In this document: piece by piece, positions 26,109 through 36,416 of the stretch
Numbering within the stretch: position 1 is the first letter of the stretch
Layout: the number at the start of each line of letters is the position of its first letter
IMG/VR virus record: IMGVR_UViG_3300002490_000103
Span: 1-41,514 of that record
Reading direction: 5' to 3' (one strand)
DNA length: 41,514 nucleotides
Origin: a virus
Taxonomy: Duplodnaviria > Caudoviricetes
The notes under the pieces: generated by a model
The model's database searches: none
What the model saw: only the letters and a program-made list of their open reading frames with translations
What the model was told of the DNA's origin: nothing
Made by a program: the position numbers and the translations under genes

Positions 26109-26486
26109 ATGTCTGCCATTCAGGAAACCAACAACCTCGGTGATCTCCTCAAGTACGAGGCGCCGAATCTCTACTCACGCGACCTGGCCACGGTCGCTGC
26201 CGGTCAAAACCTGCAGCTCGGCGCCATCGTCGGCCGCGACAGTACGACCGGCAAGCTGAAAGCGCTCGACCCGGCCGCCACCGATGGCACTGAGAACGCG
26301 GTCGGCGTGCTCGCCGCTGACGTGGACGCGACCCTGATCGACCGGGAAGACGCGCTGCTGATCTCCCGCCACGCCATCGTCGCCAGCCATGCCCTGGTGT
26401 GGCCGGTCGCCATCACCCCTACCGAGAAGGCCACTGCGATCGCTCAGATCGAAGCGCGTGGCGTCCTCGTCCGAACCGCCGCCTGA
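26109..26486 (+). CDS. Head decoration protein (gpD-like)
   Basis: Between protease and capsid; DPAATDGTENAVGVL. Confidence 0.88.
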   Translation: MSAIQETNNLGDLLKYEAPNLYSRDLATVAAGQNLQLGAIVGRDSTTGKLKALDPAATDGTENAVGVLAADVDATLIDREDALLISRHAIVASHALVWPVAITPTEKATAIAQIEARGVLVRTAA

Positions 26487-26501
26487 TCCAGGAGACACAA
26501 C

Positions 26502-27503
26502 ATGCAGAACCCTTTTACCAATCCCGCGTTCTCGATGGCGGCGCTCACGGCGGCCATCAACATTCTCCCCAACCGCTATGGCCGCATCGAGGATCTCGGC
26601 CTGATGCCGGCCAAGCCCGTGCGCCAGCGACAAGTCATCGTCGAGGAGATGAACGGCTTACTGAGCCTGCTGCCCACACTGCCGCCGGGTGCCCCGGGCG
26701 CGGTGGGTGTACGCGGCAAGCGCACACTGCGTTCGTTCGTGATCCCGCACATCCCGCATGACGATGTCGTCCTCCCGGAAGAGGTTCAGGGCATTCGCGC
26801 CTTTGGCTCGGAGACTGAAACGGAAGCCATCGCGGGCGTCATCGCGCGCCACCTGGAGACGATGCGCAACAAGCACGCGATCACGCTGGAACACCTGCGC
26901 ATGGGCGCGCTCAAGGGCGTCATCCTGGATGCCGATGGTTCCGTGCTGTACGACCTGTTCGACGAGTTCGACATCACGCCGCAGACCATCGCCTTCGATC
27001 TCGGCAACGCCGGCACCAATGTGAAGGCGAAATGCCTCGCGACCCTGGCCGCGATCGAGGACAACCTCAAGGGCGAATTCATGACCGGTGTGCACTGTCT
27101 GTGCTCGCCCGAGTTCTTCGCCGCCCTGACCGGTCATGCCAAGGTCGAGAAAGCGTTCGAGAACTGGCAGCAGGGTGCCATCCTGATCAACGACGTGCGC
27201 CGTGGCTTCACCTACGCCGGCATCACCTTCGAGGAGTATCGCGGACAGGCGACCGATCCCACGGGCACCACTCGTCGCTTCATCGCGGCTGGCGAGGCTC
27301 ACGCCTTCCCGCTCGGTACCGTCGATACCTTCGGCACCTACTTCGCCCCGGCCGACTTCAACGAGACGGTCAACACCATCGGGCAGACGCTCTACGCGAA
27401 GCAGGAGCCGCGCAAGTTCGATCGCGGTACCGACTTGCATACCCAGTCCAACCCGCTGCCCATGTGCCACCGCCCGGGTGTGCTCGTGAAGCTGACGGTG
27501 TGA
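26502..27503 (+). CDS. Major capsid protein (lambda gpE family)
   Basis: 333 aa; C-terminal QSNPLP...RP; position after decoration protein. Confidence 0.92.
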   Translation: MQNPFTNPAFSMAALTAAINILPNRYGRIEDLGLMPAKPVRQRQVIVEEMNGLLSLLPTLPPGAPGAVGVRGKRTLRSFVIPHIPHDDVVLPEEVQGIRAFGSETETEAIAGVIARHLETMRNKHAITLEHLRMGALKGVILDADGSVLYDLFDEFDITPQTIAFDLGNAGTNVKAKCLATLAAIEDNLKGEFMTGVHCLCSPEFFAALTGHAKVEKAFENWQQGAILINDVRRGFTYAGITFEEYRGQATDPTGTTRRFIAAGEAHAFPLGTVDTFGTYFAPADFNETVNTIGQTLYAKQEPRKFDRGTDLHTQSNPLPMCHRPGVLVKLTV

Positions 27504-27787
27504 TGGTGCGCATCGAGGACTTCTATGAGGCTGCTGGGCGGTCTGGCTTGCTGGTGGATGCGGAAATCGATGGCCACACCATCGCTGTCGATTTCCGCTC
27601 TCCGGACGAGAGCGTCCTCGACGGGCTCGCCCTGTCTGCCGACTACACGATCCGCTTTCCAGCCTCGGTGCTGCCTGCCCTGGCAGCGGGTAACACCGTG
27701 TCCATCGCTGGCAACACGTATCGCGTCCGCGATATCCGCAGCATCGGCGACGGCAGCGAACGGCGCGCTTCACTCTCTCGGCTCTGA
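27503..27787 (+). CDS. Head-tail joining/closure protein (94 aa)
   Basis: TGATG coupling to capsid gene; GNTYRVRDIRSIGDG. Confidence 0.7.
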   Translation: MVRIEDFYEAAGRSGLLVDAEIDGHTIAVDFRSPDESVLDGLALSADYTIRFPASVLPALAAGNTVSIAGNTYRVRDIRSIGDGSERRASLSRL

Positions 27788-27799
27788 GGACTCCCACTC

Positions 27800-28225
27800 A
27801 TGAACTCCATCCGCGAGCGCATCTTGCGGGAGGTCGTTGCGCGCCTGACTGCCGGGACTGGACCCGTGCCGGTCCTGCGCTTTCCGACCGTACCGGTCAC
27901 GCGGGAGGCCAGCCCCGCACTGCTGCTATTTGCCGAAGGCGACAGCATCACCGCGCATGCCAACAACCTCGTCGACCGAGTGCTGATCGTCCGTTTGGTG
28001 GCGGTGGCGCGCGGTGACGATGCCTTCGATCAAGCCGATCTGGCAGTCGTCGCCGCCCACGCAGCCCTGATGAGCGACGCCAACCTGGGCGGTCTTGCCC
28101 TGGCGCTGCGCGAAGTCGATTGCGAGTGGGACCCGGAGGACGCCGACGCCGGAGCCGTGGCGCTGCCCGCCCGCTACGAGATCCGCTACCGCACCCACGC
28201 ACTTGATCTGACCCGAACTGGATAA
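27800..28225 (+). CDS. Putative tail terminator protein
   Basis: SIRERIL...DANLGGLA...YEIRYRT; position before tail tube. Confidence 0.65.
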   Translation: MNSIRERILREVVARLTAGTGPVPVLRFPTVPVTREASPALLLFAEGDSITAHANNLVDRVLIVRLVAVARGDDAFDQADLAVVAAHAALMSDANLGGLALALREVDCEWDPEDADAGAVALPARYEIRYRTHALDLTRTG

Positions 28226-28231
28226 CCCGAC

Positions 28232-28411
28232 ATGAACATCGAACTACTGAAACCCCATACCCATGCCGGCGTCAGCTTCGCGCCGGGCGATCTGCTCGTC
28301 CTCGACGAGGCCGCTGCACGCTGGCTAATCGACGCCGGCGTCGCCAAAGCCACCGACGGACTCGATGAGCCGATCGGCATACCTCAACCCACTGCACGCA
28401 AGGGAGACTGA
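28232..28411 (+). CDS. Small hypothetical virion protein (59 aa), absent from ORF track
   Basis: MNIELLKPHTHAGVSFAPGDLLVLDEAAARWLIDAGVA... fills the gap exactly. Confidence 0.7.
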   Translation: MNIELLKPHTHAGVSFAPGDLLVLDEAAARWLIDAGVAKATDGLDEPIGIPQPTARKGD

Positions 28412-28413
28412 CC

Positions 28414-29166
28414 ATGCCTTACTTTTCTGGACAAGGGCGCGTTTACATCGGCGCCCGCGACATCACCGGCAAGCCACAGGGCTTGAACTACGTGGGCAAT
28501 GTGCCCGAGCTCAAAGTCTCTCTCTCGGTGGAGACCCTGGAACACCAGGAGTCCACCAGCGGCCAACGCCTGACCGACCTGCAGCTGATCAAGACCAAGA
28601 AGGGCGAGTTCGCCTGCACGCTGGAAGAGCTGATCGCGGTCAACCTGGGCTTGGCGTTGTATGGCACGACCACCGACCAGGTCAGCGGCACGGTGACCGC
28701 CGAGGTGCTGCCTAACCCAGTCACCCTTGGCAGTCTCTACCTACTGGCCAAGCAGAACGTCTCGACCGTGGTGGTCAAGGATTCCACCGCCACCCCCAAG
28801 ACGCTGCCGGCAGGCCAGTACACTCTCAACGCCAAGCATGGTTCGCTGGCGATCAATGACAAGACCACCAGCGGCCCCTACGTGGAGCCCTTCAAGGTGG
28901 ACTATGCCTACGGCGCGGCCCAGAGCACGGCGATGTTCACCCAGCCGCTGCCCGAGCGCTGGGTTCGCTTCGAGGGACTGAATACGGCTGACGGCAACCG
29001 CGAAGTCGTGATCGATCTCTACCGCGTGGCAATCAATCCGGCCAAAGAGCTCTCGGTCATCACCGACGAACTGCTCAAGTTCGAGCTGTCGGGCCAGGTA
29101 CTGGCCGACACCCTGAAGCCTGCCGCTGGCGATCTCGGCCAGTTCGGCCGCATTGTGCTGCTGTGA
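28414..29166 (+). CDS. Major tail tube protein
   Basis: 250 aa, YFSGQGRVYIG...VGNVPELKVS; precedes chaperones and tape measure. Confidence 0.8.
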   Translation: MPYFSGQGRVYIGARDITGKPQGLNYVGNVPELKVSLSVETLEHQESTSGQRLTDLQLIKTKKGEFACTLEELIAVNLGLALYGTTTDQVSGTVTAEVLPNPVTLGSLYLLAKQNVSTVVVKDSTATPKTLPAGQYTLNAKHGSLAINDKTTSGPYVEPFKVDYAYGAAQSTAMFTQPLPERWVRFEGLNTADGNREVVIDLYRVAINPAKELSVITDELLKFELSGQVLADTLKPAAGDLGQFGRIVLL

Positions 29167-29174
29167 GGTGCGTG

Positions 29175-29573
29175 ATGAACGACTTCGACGCGTTTCCTCC
29201 CACCCCGCTGACCTTGGAGATTGCGGAGGTCGCGCTGGCGATCACGCCCATTCGCATCGGCGAGATCCCGGCGCTGCTCGCTGCGGTTCGGCCCTTCGCG
29301 CACCGATTGGTCGACGGCGATCCGGACTGGCTGGGGCTGCTGGCGGACCACGGCGACGCGCTGATCACGGCAATCGCCGTGGCCTCACGCCGTCCCCAGG
29401 AGTGGGTCTCAGGGCTGGCGATGGACGACGCCATCCGACTGGCCACCGCCTTGTTTGAGGTGAATGCGGATTTTTTCGTGCAGCGGGTGGTGCCGACGAT
29501 CCAGCACGCCGCCGCCCGGATCAACGCACAAATGAGCGGTCCCTTGGCTGGGCTCACGCCATCCACCGTTTGA
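29175..29573 (+). CDS. Tail assembly chaperone (gpG-like)
   Basis: Follows tail tube; contains T TTT TTC slippery site at 29471-29477. Confidence 0.78.
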   Translation: MNDFDAFPPTPLTLEIAEVALAITPIRIGEIPALLAAVRPFAHRLVDGDPDWLGLLADHGDALITAIAVASRRPQEWVSGLAMDDAIRLATALFEVNADFFVQRVVPTIQHAAARINAQMSGPLAGLTPSTV

Positions 29574-29761
29574 TCCATGCCGGACACCGGCTGCCGGATG
29601 TCCTGGACTACACGCTCGCGCAGATGACTGCGTTTCTCGATGCCGACATGCATCGTGACCGTGAGCACGCCAGTCTGCTTCTTGGGGTGACGGCGGTGGC
29701 CAGCCAAGGCGACAAGCGATCCATCGAACGGCTACAGCGGGAGCTCGATCGTGAAGATTGA
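29477..29761 (+). CDS. -1 frameshift extension of tail chaperone (gpT-like; G-T fusion about 195 aa)
   Basis: The -1 frame is open from the slippery site to 29761 (GWAHAIHRLIHAGH...DYTLAQMTAFL). Confidence 0.72.
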   Translation, partial: RAAGGADDPARRRPDQRTNERSLGWAHAIHRLIHAGHRLPDVLDYTLAQMTAFLDADMHRDREHASLLLGVTAVASQGDKRSIERLQRELDRED

Positions 29762-30392
29762 TCTGACCGCCTCAGGACTGTTCGATGCTCGGCAATTCAG
29801 TGCCTGGTCCACCGAGCGCCGCGATGCCATCCGGTCGGCGCTCAAGCGCGGTATGCAATCCGGTGGCCGCGAAGTACGCGACGCGGCACGCACACAGATG
29901 CGCGGTGCGTTCAACGTCAAGCGCAACAGCTTCGTCTCCTCGATGCAGGCCAAGGTGCTGGACAAGAAGACCGATCGCCTGCCGGCCTTGCTGGTGGGCA
30001 GCAAGATCCCCTGGCTGGGTTTGCACGAAAAAGGCGGCACGGTCTCCGGCAATCTGCTGATCCCGCTGCTTCCTGGACGGATCGGGCCTAAGCGCTTCAA
30101 GGCAGTGGTCGATGGCTTGCTGCGATCAGGCAACGCGTTCTTCGTCGAGAAGAACGGCAAGGTCATCTTGATGGCCGAGAACATCCGCGAGAACGCCTCC
30201 CAACTCACCCGCTTCAAGCGGGCCGAGCGCGCTCGCACTGGCGCCAAACAGATCAAACGCGGCCAGGAGATTCCGATCGCCGTGCTGGTCAAGTCCGTCT
30301 CCCTCAAGCGGCGGCTGGACCTGACCGGCGCTGTCCAGCGGTCCCTGCCGCGTTTGGCAGGCGCAATTCAGAAAGAACTGGCGAAATCCTGA
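29751..30392 (+). CDS. DUF6441-like basic protein, possible tail completion protein
   Basis: 213 aa, GGAG RBS, TGATG coupling to tape measure. Confidence 0.65.
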   Translation: MKIDLTASGLFDARQFSAWSTERRDAIRSALKRGMQSGGREVRDAARTQMRGAFNVKRNSFVSSMQAKVLDKKTDRLPALLVGSKIPWLGLHEKGGTVSGNLLIPLLPGRIGPKRFKAVVDGLLRSGNAFFVEKNGKVILMAENIRENASQLTRFKRAERARTGAKQIKRGQEIPIAVLVKSVSLKRRLDLTGAVQRSLPRLAGAIQKELAKS

Positions 30393-32896
30393 TGGCCAAT
30401 AACCGTGCACAACTGCTGATCACTGCCGTCGACCAGACCCGTGGCGCCTTCGATTCCATCAAGCGCAATCTGGGTGACCTGGGCAACGCGGCGCGATCCA
30501 TCAATGGATTGCTCGGCACGCTCGGCCTTGCCGTATCGGCGGCCGGTCTCGGCGCGATGGTCAAGGCCTCGCTCGACTCGGCGGACTCGCTGTCCAAGCT
30601 GTCGCAGCGGGTCGGGATCACTGTTGAGTCGCTTTCCACCCTGATCCCAGTCGCGGATCTCGCCGGCGTCTCGGGAGAAAAGTTCGAAGGTGGCTTGCGC
30701 AAGCTCGCCACCCGCATGCTGGATGCGGCCACCGGATCGGACGAGGCAGCGCGAGGATTCGCTGCGGTCGGCGTCTCCATTCAGAACCAGGACGGAACGT
30801 TGCGCGCGACGGATCAGGTCCTGCTCGACCTGACCGACCGCTTCAAGGCCATGCCCGATGGCGCCGAAAAGACCGCGCTCGCGGTGGATCTCTTCGGCAA
30901 ATCGGGCGCCGACCTCATCCCGTTCCTCAACCAGGGGCGTGATGGCGTCGAGGCGCTGACGACGGAGTTGCAAGCCCTGGGCGTGCAGATTGGTGGCGAC
31001 ACCGCTGCACAGGCCGAGGTGTTCAACGACTCGCTCGCCAAGGTGCGACTGGCGATCACCAGCATCGGCAACCGAGTGATCGAAGCATTCCTGCCGGCCA
31101 TGAACGACATGGCCAACGGGATGGTGGAGTCGGCCAAACAAGGAGGCTCGCTTCGCGCGATCCTGGATGGCGTGGTGCTGGTCTTGAAAACCCTGGCGCT
31201 GGGTGCCGCCACGGTAGGCAAGGCATTCGTAGCGCTGGGCGAAGCGATCGGGGCTGGCATGGCGGCCGCTGTCGAGGCGCTATCCGGCAACGTGTCCGGT
31301 GCCAAAGCCATCATCACGGAACTCAAGGGCAGTCTGGTCCAGCGTCTGGATGAGCTAGCCAATTTCCGTGACAGCCTATTCGATCCTAAGCCAATTGAGG
31401 TACGGGCGCCGGCGATTGTTGCCGATCCCACTCTGATCGACCGGCTGCGGCCTACCGGACGGGCAAGCGGCGACAACGGGGCCGCAAGACTGGCGCTGGC
31501 CAAGGCACAGGCGGATGCCGAGCTAAAGCTGCTTAAGGATGCGCTGGATCGGCAGTCGCGTGACCTGGATGAAGCACTCGATGGGCGGCTGATATCGCTG
31601 GCGGACTACTACGCCGCCAAGACGGCCCTGGAAACGCGCGAGATCGATGCTGAGATCGCTCGCACACAGACCTTGTTGGCCGAGCAACGGCGTATCGCCA
31701 CAGGATCTGACGAGGGTGCGCGGCTCAAGGCCCGAGCCGAGGTGGCCAAGATCGAGGCCGACCTCATCGTGCTCAACAACAAGCGGGCCGATGTCGAGGT
31801 CGCCAACGCGCGCAAGGCCGCCGACGCCGAGCGTTCCTTGCGTGATGAACTGGCCCGCGTTCGGGAGGAGTTGCTCGATCTCACCGGTGCTGCAACCGGT
31901 CAGGACCGTCGTGCTGCGGTAGAGCGCCAGTACCAGTCACTCATCGAGCGCCTCCGAGCCGAGGGCGACACCGAGGGTGTGGCCACTGTCGCGCGCCTGA
32001 TCGACGTGAAGGTTGCGGCAGCGGATCTGGCCACCTATGAACGCCAGTTCAATGACGCGCTCAGCCGCATGCGGGCCACCGAGGAATCCATCAATCTGCA
32101 GCGCCAATCGGGCCTGCTGACCGAGTCGCAGGCACGCGCACAGATCCTGGCCCTGCACCGGGAAACCGGGGTGACCCTGGAATCTCTGCTGCCGCAGCTC
32201 GAGGCCAGCGCCACGGCGATCGGTCCTGACGCTTTGGCGCGCGTGCAGGCATGGAAGAACGAGATTGCCCAGGTCAAGCTGGTGGTGGACGACGTGGCTG
32301 TGGCCATCGACGGCGCGGTCCAGGATGGGTTCGCCCAGATGTTCGAGGCCATCGGCAGCGGCGCCAAGTCTGCGAAGGACGCTTTCGCCGATTTCGCGAG
32401 GTCCGTGCTGGCGGCGATCAACCGCATTGCCTCGCAGAAGCTCGCCGAATCCCTATTCGGGAGTTTGTTCGGCGGCGGTGGGGCGGGCGGCACGGGAGGC
32501 TTCGGCGCGCTGGTTTCATCCTTCTTCAAGGGATTTGCGACGGGCGGCTACGTGACCGGTCCTGGCACATCTACCAGCGACTCGATCCCGGCACGCCTGT
32601 CCGCCGGCGAGTACGTAGTCAACGCCGCAGCCGTGAAGCGTGTCGGTGTGGCTTTTCTGCAGTCGATCAACGGCATATCAGCCGGACCGAGAGTGGCAGG
32701 CCCGACGCTGGCATTTGCCGCCGGCGGTCTGGTGCCCGAAGCCGCCCCGGCGCAGGCCCCGGGCCAGTCAGTGCGCATCGTCAATGTCATCGACCCAGCG
32801 ATGGCCGCCGATTACCTGAACTCCTCCTCAGGCGAAAAAACCATCCTCAACATCCTGCAGCGCAACGCCGGCGCCGTGCGGCAGGTATTGAGCTGA
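30392..32896 (+). CDS. Tail tape measure protein
   Basis: 834 aa Ala-rich helical; C-terminal FATGGYVTGPGTSTSDSIPARLSAGEYV. Confidence 0.92.
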   Translation: MANNRAQLLITAVDQTRGAFDSIKRNLGDLGNAARSINGLLGTLGLAVSAAGLGAMVKASLDSADSLSKLSQRVGITVESLSTLIPVADLAGVSGEKFEGGLRKLATRMLDAATGSDEAARGFAAVGVSIQNQDGTLRATDQVLLDLTDRFKAMPDGAEKTALAVDLFGKSGADLIPFLNQGRDGVEALTTELQALGVQIGGDTAAQAEVFNDSLAKVRLAITSIGNRVIEAFLPAMNDMANGMVESAKQGGSLRAILDGVVLVLKTLALGAATVGKAFVALGEAIGAGMAAAVEALSGNVSGAKAIITELKGSLVQRLDELANFRDSLFDPKPIEVRAPAIVADPTLIDRLRPTGRASGDNGAARLALAKAQADAELKLLKDALDRQSRDLDEALDGRLISLADYYAAKTALETREIDAEIARTQTLLAEQRRIATGSDEGARLKARAEVAKIEADLIVLNNKRADVEVANARKAADAERSLRDELARVREELLDLTGAATGQDRRAAVERQYQSLIERLRAEGDTEGVATVARLIDVKVAAADLATYERQFNDALSRMRATEESINLQRQSGLLTESQARAQILALHRETGVTLESLLPQLEASATAIGPDALARVQAWKNEIAQVKLVVDDVAVAIDGAVQDGFAQMFEAIGSGAKSAKDAFADFARSVLAAINRIASQKLAESLFGSLFGGGGAGGTGGFGALVSSFFKGFATGGYVTGPGTSTSDSIPARLSAGEYVVNAAAVKRVGVAFLQSINGISAGPRVAGPTLAFAAGGLVPEAAPAQAPGQSVRIVNVIDPAMAADYLNSSSGEKTILNILQRNAGAVRQVLS

Positions 32897-32928
32897 CCGA
32901 TACACCGAATCCCGCAAGGACCAAAGAC

Positions 32929-33759
32929 ATGACGGCCTACACCGGCTTCGTCGACAACTCGACGATGCTCGCCCATTACAAGATGCTCGAAACGATCCGG
33001 GACGTCTGTCTGGCCGAGGGTTGGACCATTCTCCGCTACGACACGGCCATCACGAACCGGGAACTGCTGATGATGGCGCCCGGCCTATCGGGCACCGAGC
33101 AGATCTTCTGCGGCGTCTACTGCTACCAGGACAGCAACGCGGACTACTACAACCTGGCGGTGGCGACCATGAAGGGCTATGTCGCTGCCAACTCGTTCCT
33201 GACCCAGCCGGGCATCTCGCCGGTTCTCGGCGTGCCTGCCCATAACCAGCGCATCGACTACTGGCTATCGGTCAACGGGCAGCGGCTAAACGTAGCAATG
33301 AAGGTCGGCACGCCGGTGTACGAATCTTTCGGGATAGGCAAGTTCTTCCCCTACGCATCTCCGGGCCAATATCCCCAGCCGCTGTTTGCGGCCGGAATGC
33401 TGACCAGCGCCTCCGCCACGCGCTACTCCGAAACGACCCACACGATGCCGTGGAAAGGTAATCGCAACAACCTGCGGATGCATTTCAACGACGGCACCTG
33501 GAAAGCGCCGCTCGCTACGCCCTGGGGCCAAACGACGATGGCCAACGCCTGCCGGCCGGCAGAAACCACCTACGCGCTCTACCCGGTAATGCTCTACGAC
33601 TCCGCAAACATCTACGGCGCGCTGGACGGGATCTTCCACATCACCGGCTTCGACAACGTCGTCGAGAACACGCTCGTCATCGACGGTAAGAACTATGTGG
33701 TCATCCAGGACGTTGGCCGCACGTCCTTTGGCGACTACATCGCAATGGAGCTGTCCTGA
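32929..33759 (+). CDS. Virion structural protein (276 aa)
   Basis: AAGGA RBS; follows tape measure; IYGALDGIFHITGF...YVVIQDV. Confidence 0.72.
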   Translation: MTAYTGFVDNSTMLAHYKMLETIRDVCLAEGWTILRYDTAITNRELLMMAPGLSGTEQIFCGVYCYQDSNADYYNLAVATMKGYVAANSFLTQPGISPVLGVPAHNQRIDYWLSVNGQRLNVAMKVGTPVYESFGIGKFFPYASPGQYPQPLFAAGMLTSASATRYSETTHTMPWKGNRNNLRMHFNDGTWKAPLATPWGQTTMANACRPAETTYALYPVMLYDSANIYGALDGIFHITGFDNVVENTLVIDGKNYVVIQDVGRTSFGDYIAMELS

Positions 33760-34691
33760 TGCCCTACGTCACTGGGCTGGCGAACAGCGCCAGCGATCTC
33801 CTGAATGCCGTCGTCACCGCAGGGACCGACCACGGTTGGTCCTGGGACGCGAGCAACAGCATGCTTTACAAAGGGGACATCTATGGCCGCCTCACTGTCA
33901 GCGGCTTGAACCTCTTGGTACAGGCGGCGCTCGGCTACTCCGGCGCCACGCTGATCACGCCAGCGGCAAAGATGGTCGGAATCACCAACCGCCTGGGTCA
34001 AGCCGGTAATACGCTGCTGAGTTATCCGGTGACGTACCACATCTTCGTCCACACGGCGCCGGACGACATCATCGTGGCTGTGAACTATCAGGTGATGTGG
34101 TGGCAATGGCTGTCGCTTGGCCAAGCCCGCAGCTTTGGTGTGCTCGGCAACGCCATCTGGCACTGGGGTACTGCGACGTCTGATATCAGTACCGGTGCGG
34201 GCGTGGCGATCGACTCCAATGGCAGCACCGGCAGCGGTGGCGGCAACACCTCTGGCGCACCTTTCTGGCAGTCCAACGACACCACAGGCGTCCAGAACAG
34301 TTCGATCTACCTGAACTTCAACGGTCACGGCTGGTGGAACAACCCCGTGGGCGTCTCCACGGCGAATCCGAACAACGCGCGCGCCACCATTGCAGTACCA
34401 ACGTTGCTGCTGACCCAGCCCAATAACTGGAACGGCGAAGCTGTGCTTACGCGCATCCACATCATGGCGTTGCAGCCCTCTAGTTTCTGGTCGCACGTCG
34501 CGGAACTGCCGCATCTACGGATGACGCGCAACGACAACATCGACGACGGGCAGATCCTCACGCTTGGGTCCGAGCGCTGGTTCATTGCACCTGTGTATCG
34601 CAAGAACACCGCGAGTCGCGCCGCATCGCCATACAACGGCGCGACTCACTCCGGGACCATCGCGATGGCTGTGCGCTACGACGGTCCCTGA
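33759..34691 (+). CDS. Virion structural protein (310 aa)
   Basis: TGATG coupling; ends HSGTIAMAVRYDGP. Confidence 0.72.
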   Translation: MPYVTGLANSASDLLNAVVTAGTDHGWSWDASNSMLYKGDIYGRLTVSGLNLLVQAALGYSGATLITPAAKMVGITNRLGQAGNTLLSYPVTYHIFVHTAPDDIIVAVNYQVMWWQWLSLGQARSFGVLGNAIWHWGTATSDISTGAGVAIDSNGSTGSGGGNTSGAPFWQSNDTTGVQNSSIYLNFNGHGWWNNPVGVSTANPNNARATIAVPTLLLTQPNNWNGEAVLTRIHIMALQPSSFWSHVAELPHLRMTRNDNIDDGQILTLGSERWFIAPVYRKNTASRAASPYNGATHSGTIAMAVRYDGP

Positions 34692-34724
34692 TCTTCCCGT
34701 TTTACCTCAACCGAGAGTTATGAC

Positions 34725-36416
34725 ATGCCGGTCTTGACAGGCATGGTGCTCGATCGCGCCCAGGCTGGCTCACTGAACCCGCTCCTGAGCATCGACGGGT
34801 ATCAGGTTGCCGCCATCTATCCGTACACCGCCAGCGATTCGCCACGGGCGGAGAATGGAGCGCGAAGCTACGCAACCGACATCACGGTTCCTGCGCAGCG
34901 GGCGCTGACCGGCATCCAGGTACCGAGCTACTTCGAGGATTACTACTTCCGGGTGCATTTGCTGCCCGGGCGCATCAACCTCGGCAGTCTGGCCTCGGAG
35001 CAGAGCCGCACGATCGAGGTCTGGAACGCACGGCTGACCCCGAACACCTTAGCGTCCCTAACCGCCACCGGCGCAGAAGGCATGACGCTGATCGGGCCGG
35101 CACCCGCGCCCACTGTGTTTGCCGCCAATGAATCGCGGCTCTATACGCTCGCGGTCACGCCGAATGGTCCGCCAACCGTGAACGCGACGTTTCTGTTCGC
35201 ATTCGCTTTCGACGATGCCGCTTTGCTCGCAACCGGACGCCGTATCGTCGGATGGATCTTTGCGCCGAACTGGGTGCAACCGGTCATCGAGCGGCTGGAA
35301 TGGCTCACGGATGTGATGGAGTCCCATGCCGGATTCGAGCAGCGCGTGCGCTTGCGTGCCGGTGCAAGGCGCAGCTTTGAGTACAGCGCCTTGGTCGGCT
35401 CCGACACCGAACGGGTGAAGATGGAAAACCTGCTGCTGTCATGGCACGCGCGCGTCTTTGGCCTACCGCTCTGGACCGACGTCGCGCTGGCGGCAGGACC
35501 GATCCCAGCCGGCTCGACCTCCATTGCCGTGACGACCGCGAATCGGGACTTTGCCGTGGGCGGTTTGGTTGGACTGGTTCTGGGCATGGAGTCGGAGTTT
35601 GCCGAGATCACGGCGGTCCTGCCAACGTCCCTGACGATCAAGAGCCCGCTGGACTCTACCTGGCCGGTCGGTACCAAGATCCTGCCTGTGCGGCCCGCCC
35701 GAGTTCAGAACGACCTTGGACTGACCTACCTGAGCGATGCCATCGGCCAAGCCACGCTGCGCTTCCAGTTTGAGGACGAGTGGTTGCTTCCAGCAGCCAC
35801 AGAGACATTGGACTACCGGGGCTACCCCGTCTTGCTCACCGCCACCAACTGGACCGAGGACGTCGATACAGACTACGCCCGCAAGCTGAATGAACTGGAT
35901 TTTCTGACGGGCCGACGCGTCATCGACGATCTTTCCGGTGTTGGCACGGTTCGCCGGACGCATCGGTGGCTGATCACTGGGCGTGCCGCGATCACTGCAT
36001 TCCGCTCATGGCTGGCCGCCCGCGCCGGCAGGCTGACAGCATTCTGGATGCCCAGCTTTCAATCCGACTTAAAGGTGGTGAGCCCGATCGGCGCCTTTGA
36101 CTCGGCCATCACGGTGGAGAACCGCGCCTACGCCGCTAATGTGCCAGCCGCCATCGGGCGGCGCGACATCCTGATCGCCACGACATCCGGCAGTCGCTAC
36201 TACCGGCGCATCACCGGTGCCACGGCGCTTTCGCCAAGCACTGAGAGCATCGCCATCGATAGCGTGGTGGGCGCGGCGCTACTTCCCGAACAGATCCGCT
36301 ATGTGTCGTTCATGAAGCTGGTGCGCTTGGACAGCGATGCCATCGAGATCGCCCATCAGACAGACGACACGGCGGAGGTATCGATCTCCGTCAGAAGCAT
36401 TCGGGATGACACATGA
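34725..36416 (+). CDS. Virion structural/distal tail protein (563 aa)
   Basis: PNW...ERLEWLTDV....G.EQR..LR; position before BR0599-like gene. Confidence 0.72.
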   Translation: MPVLTGMVLDRAQAGSLNPLLSIDGYQVAAIYPYTASDSPRAENGARSYATDITVPAQRALTGIQVPSYFEDYYFRVHLLPGRINLGSLASEQSRTIEVWNARLTPNTLASLTATGAEGMTLIGPAPAPTVFAANESRLYTLAVTPNGPPTVNATFLFAFAFDDAALLATGRRIVGWIFAPNWVQPVIERLEWLTDVMESHAGFEQRVRLRAGARRSFEYSALVGSDTERVKMENLLLSWHARVFGLPLWTDVALAAGPIPAGSTSIAVTTANRDFAVGGLVGLVLGMESEFAEITAVLPTSLTIKSPLDSTWPVGTKILPVRPARVQNDLGLTYLSDAIGQATLRFQFEDEWLLPAATETLDYRGYPVLLTATNWTEDVDTDYARKLNELDFLTGRRVIDDLSGVGTVRRTHRWLITGRAAITAFRSWLAARAGRLTAFWMPSFQSDLKVVSPIGAFDSAITVENRAYAANVPAAIGRRDILIATTSGSRYYRRITGATALSPSTESIAIDSVVGAALLPEQIRYVSFMKLVRLDSDAIEIAHQTDDTAEVSISVRSIRDDT

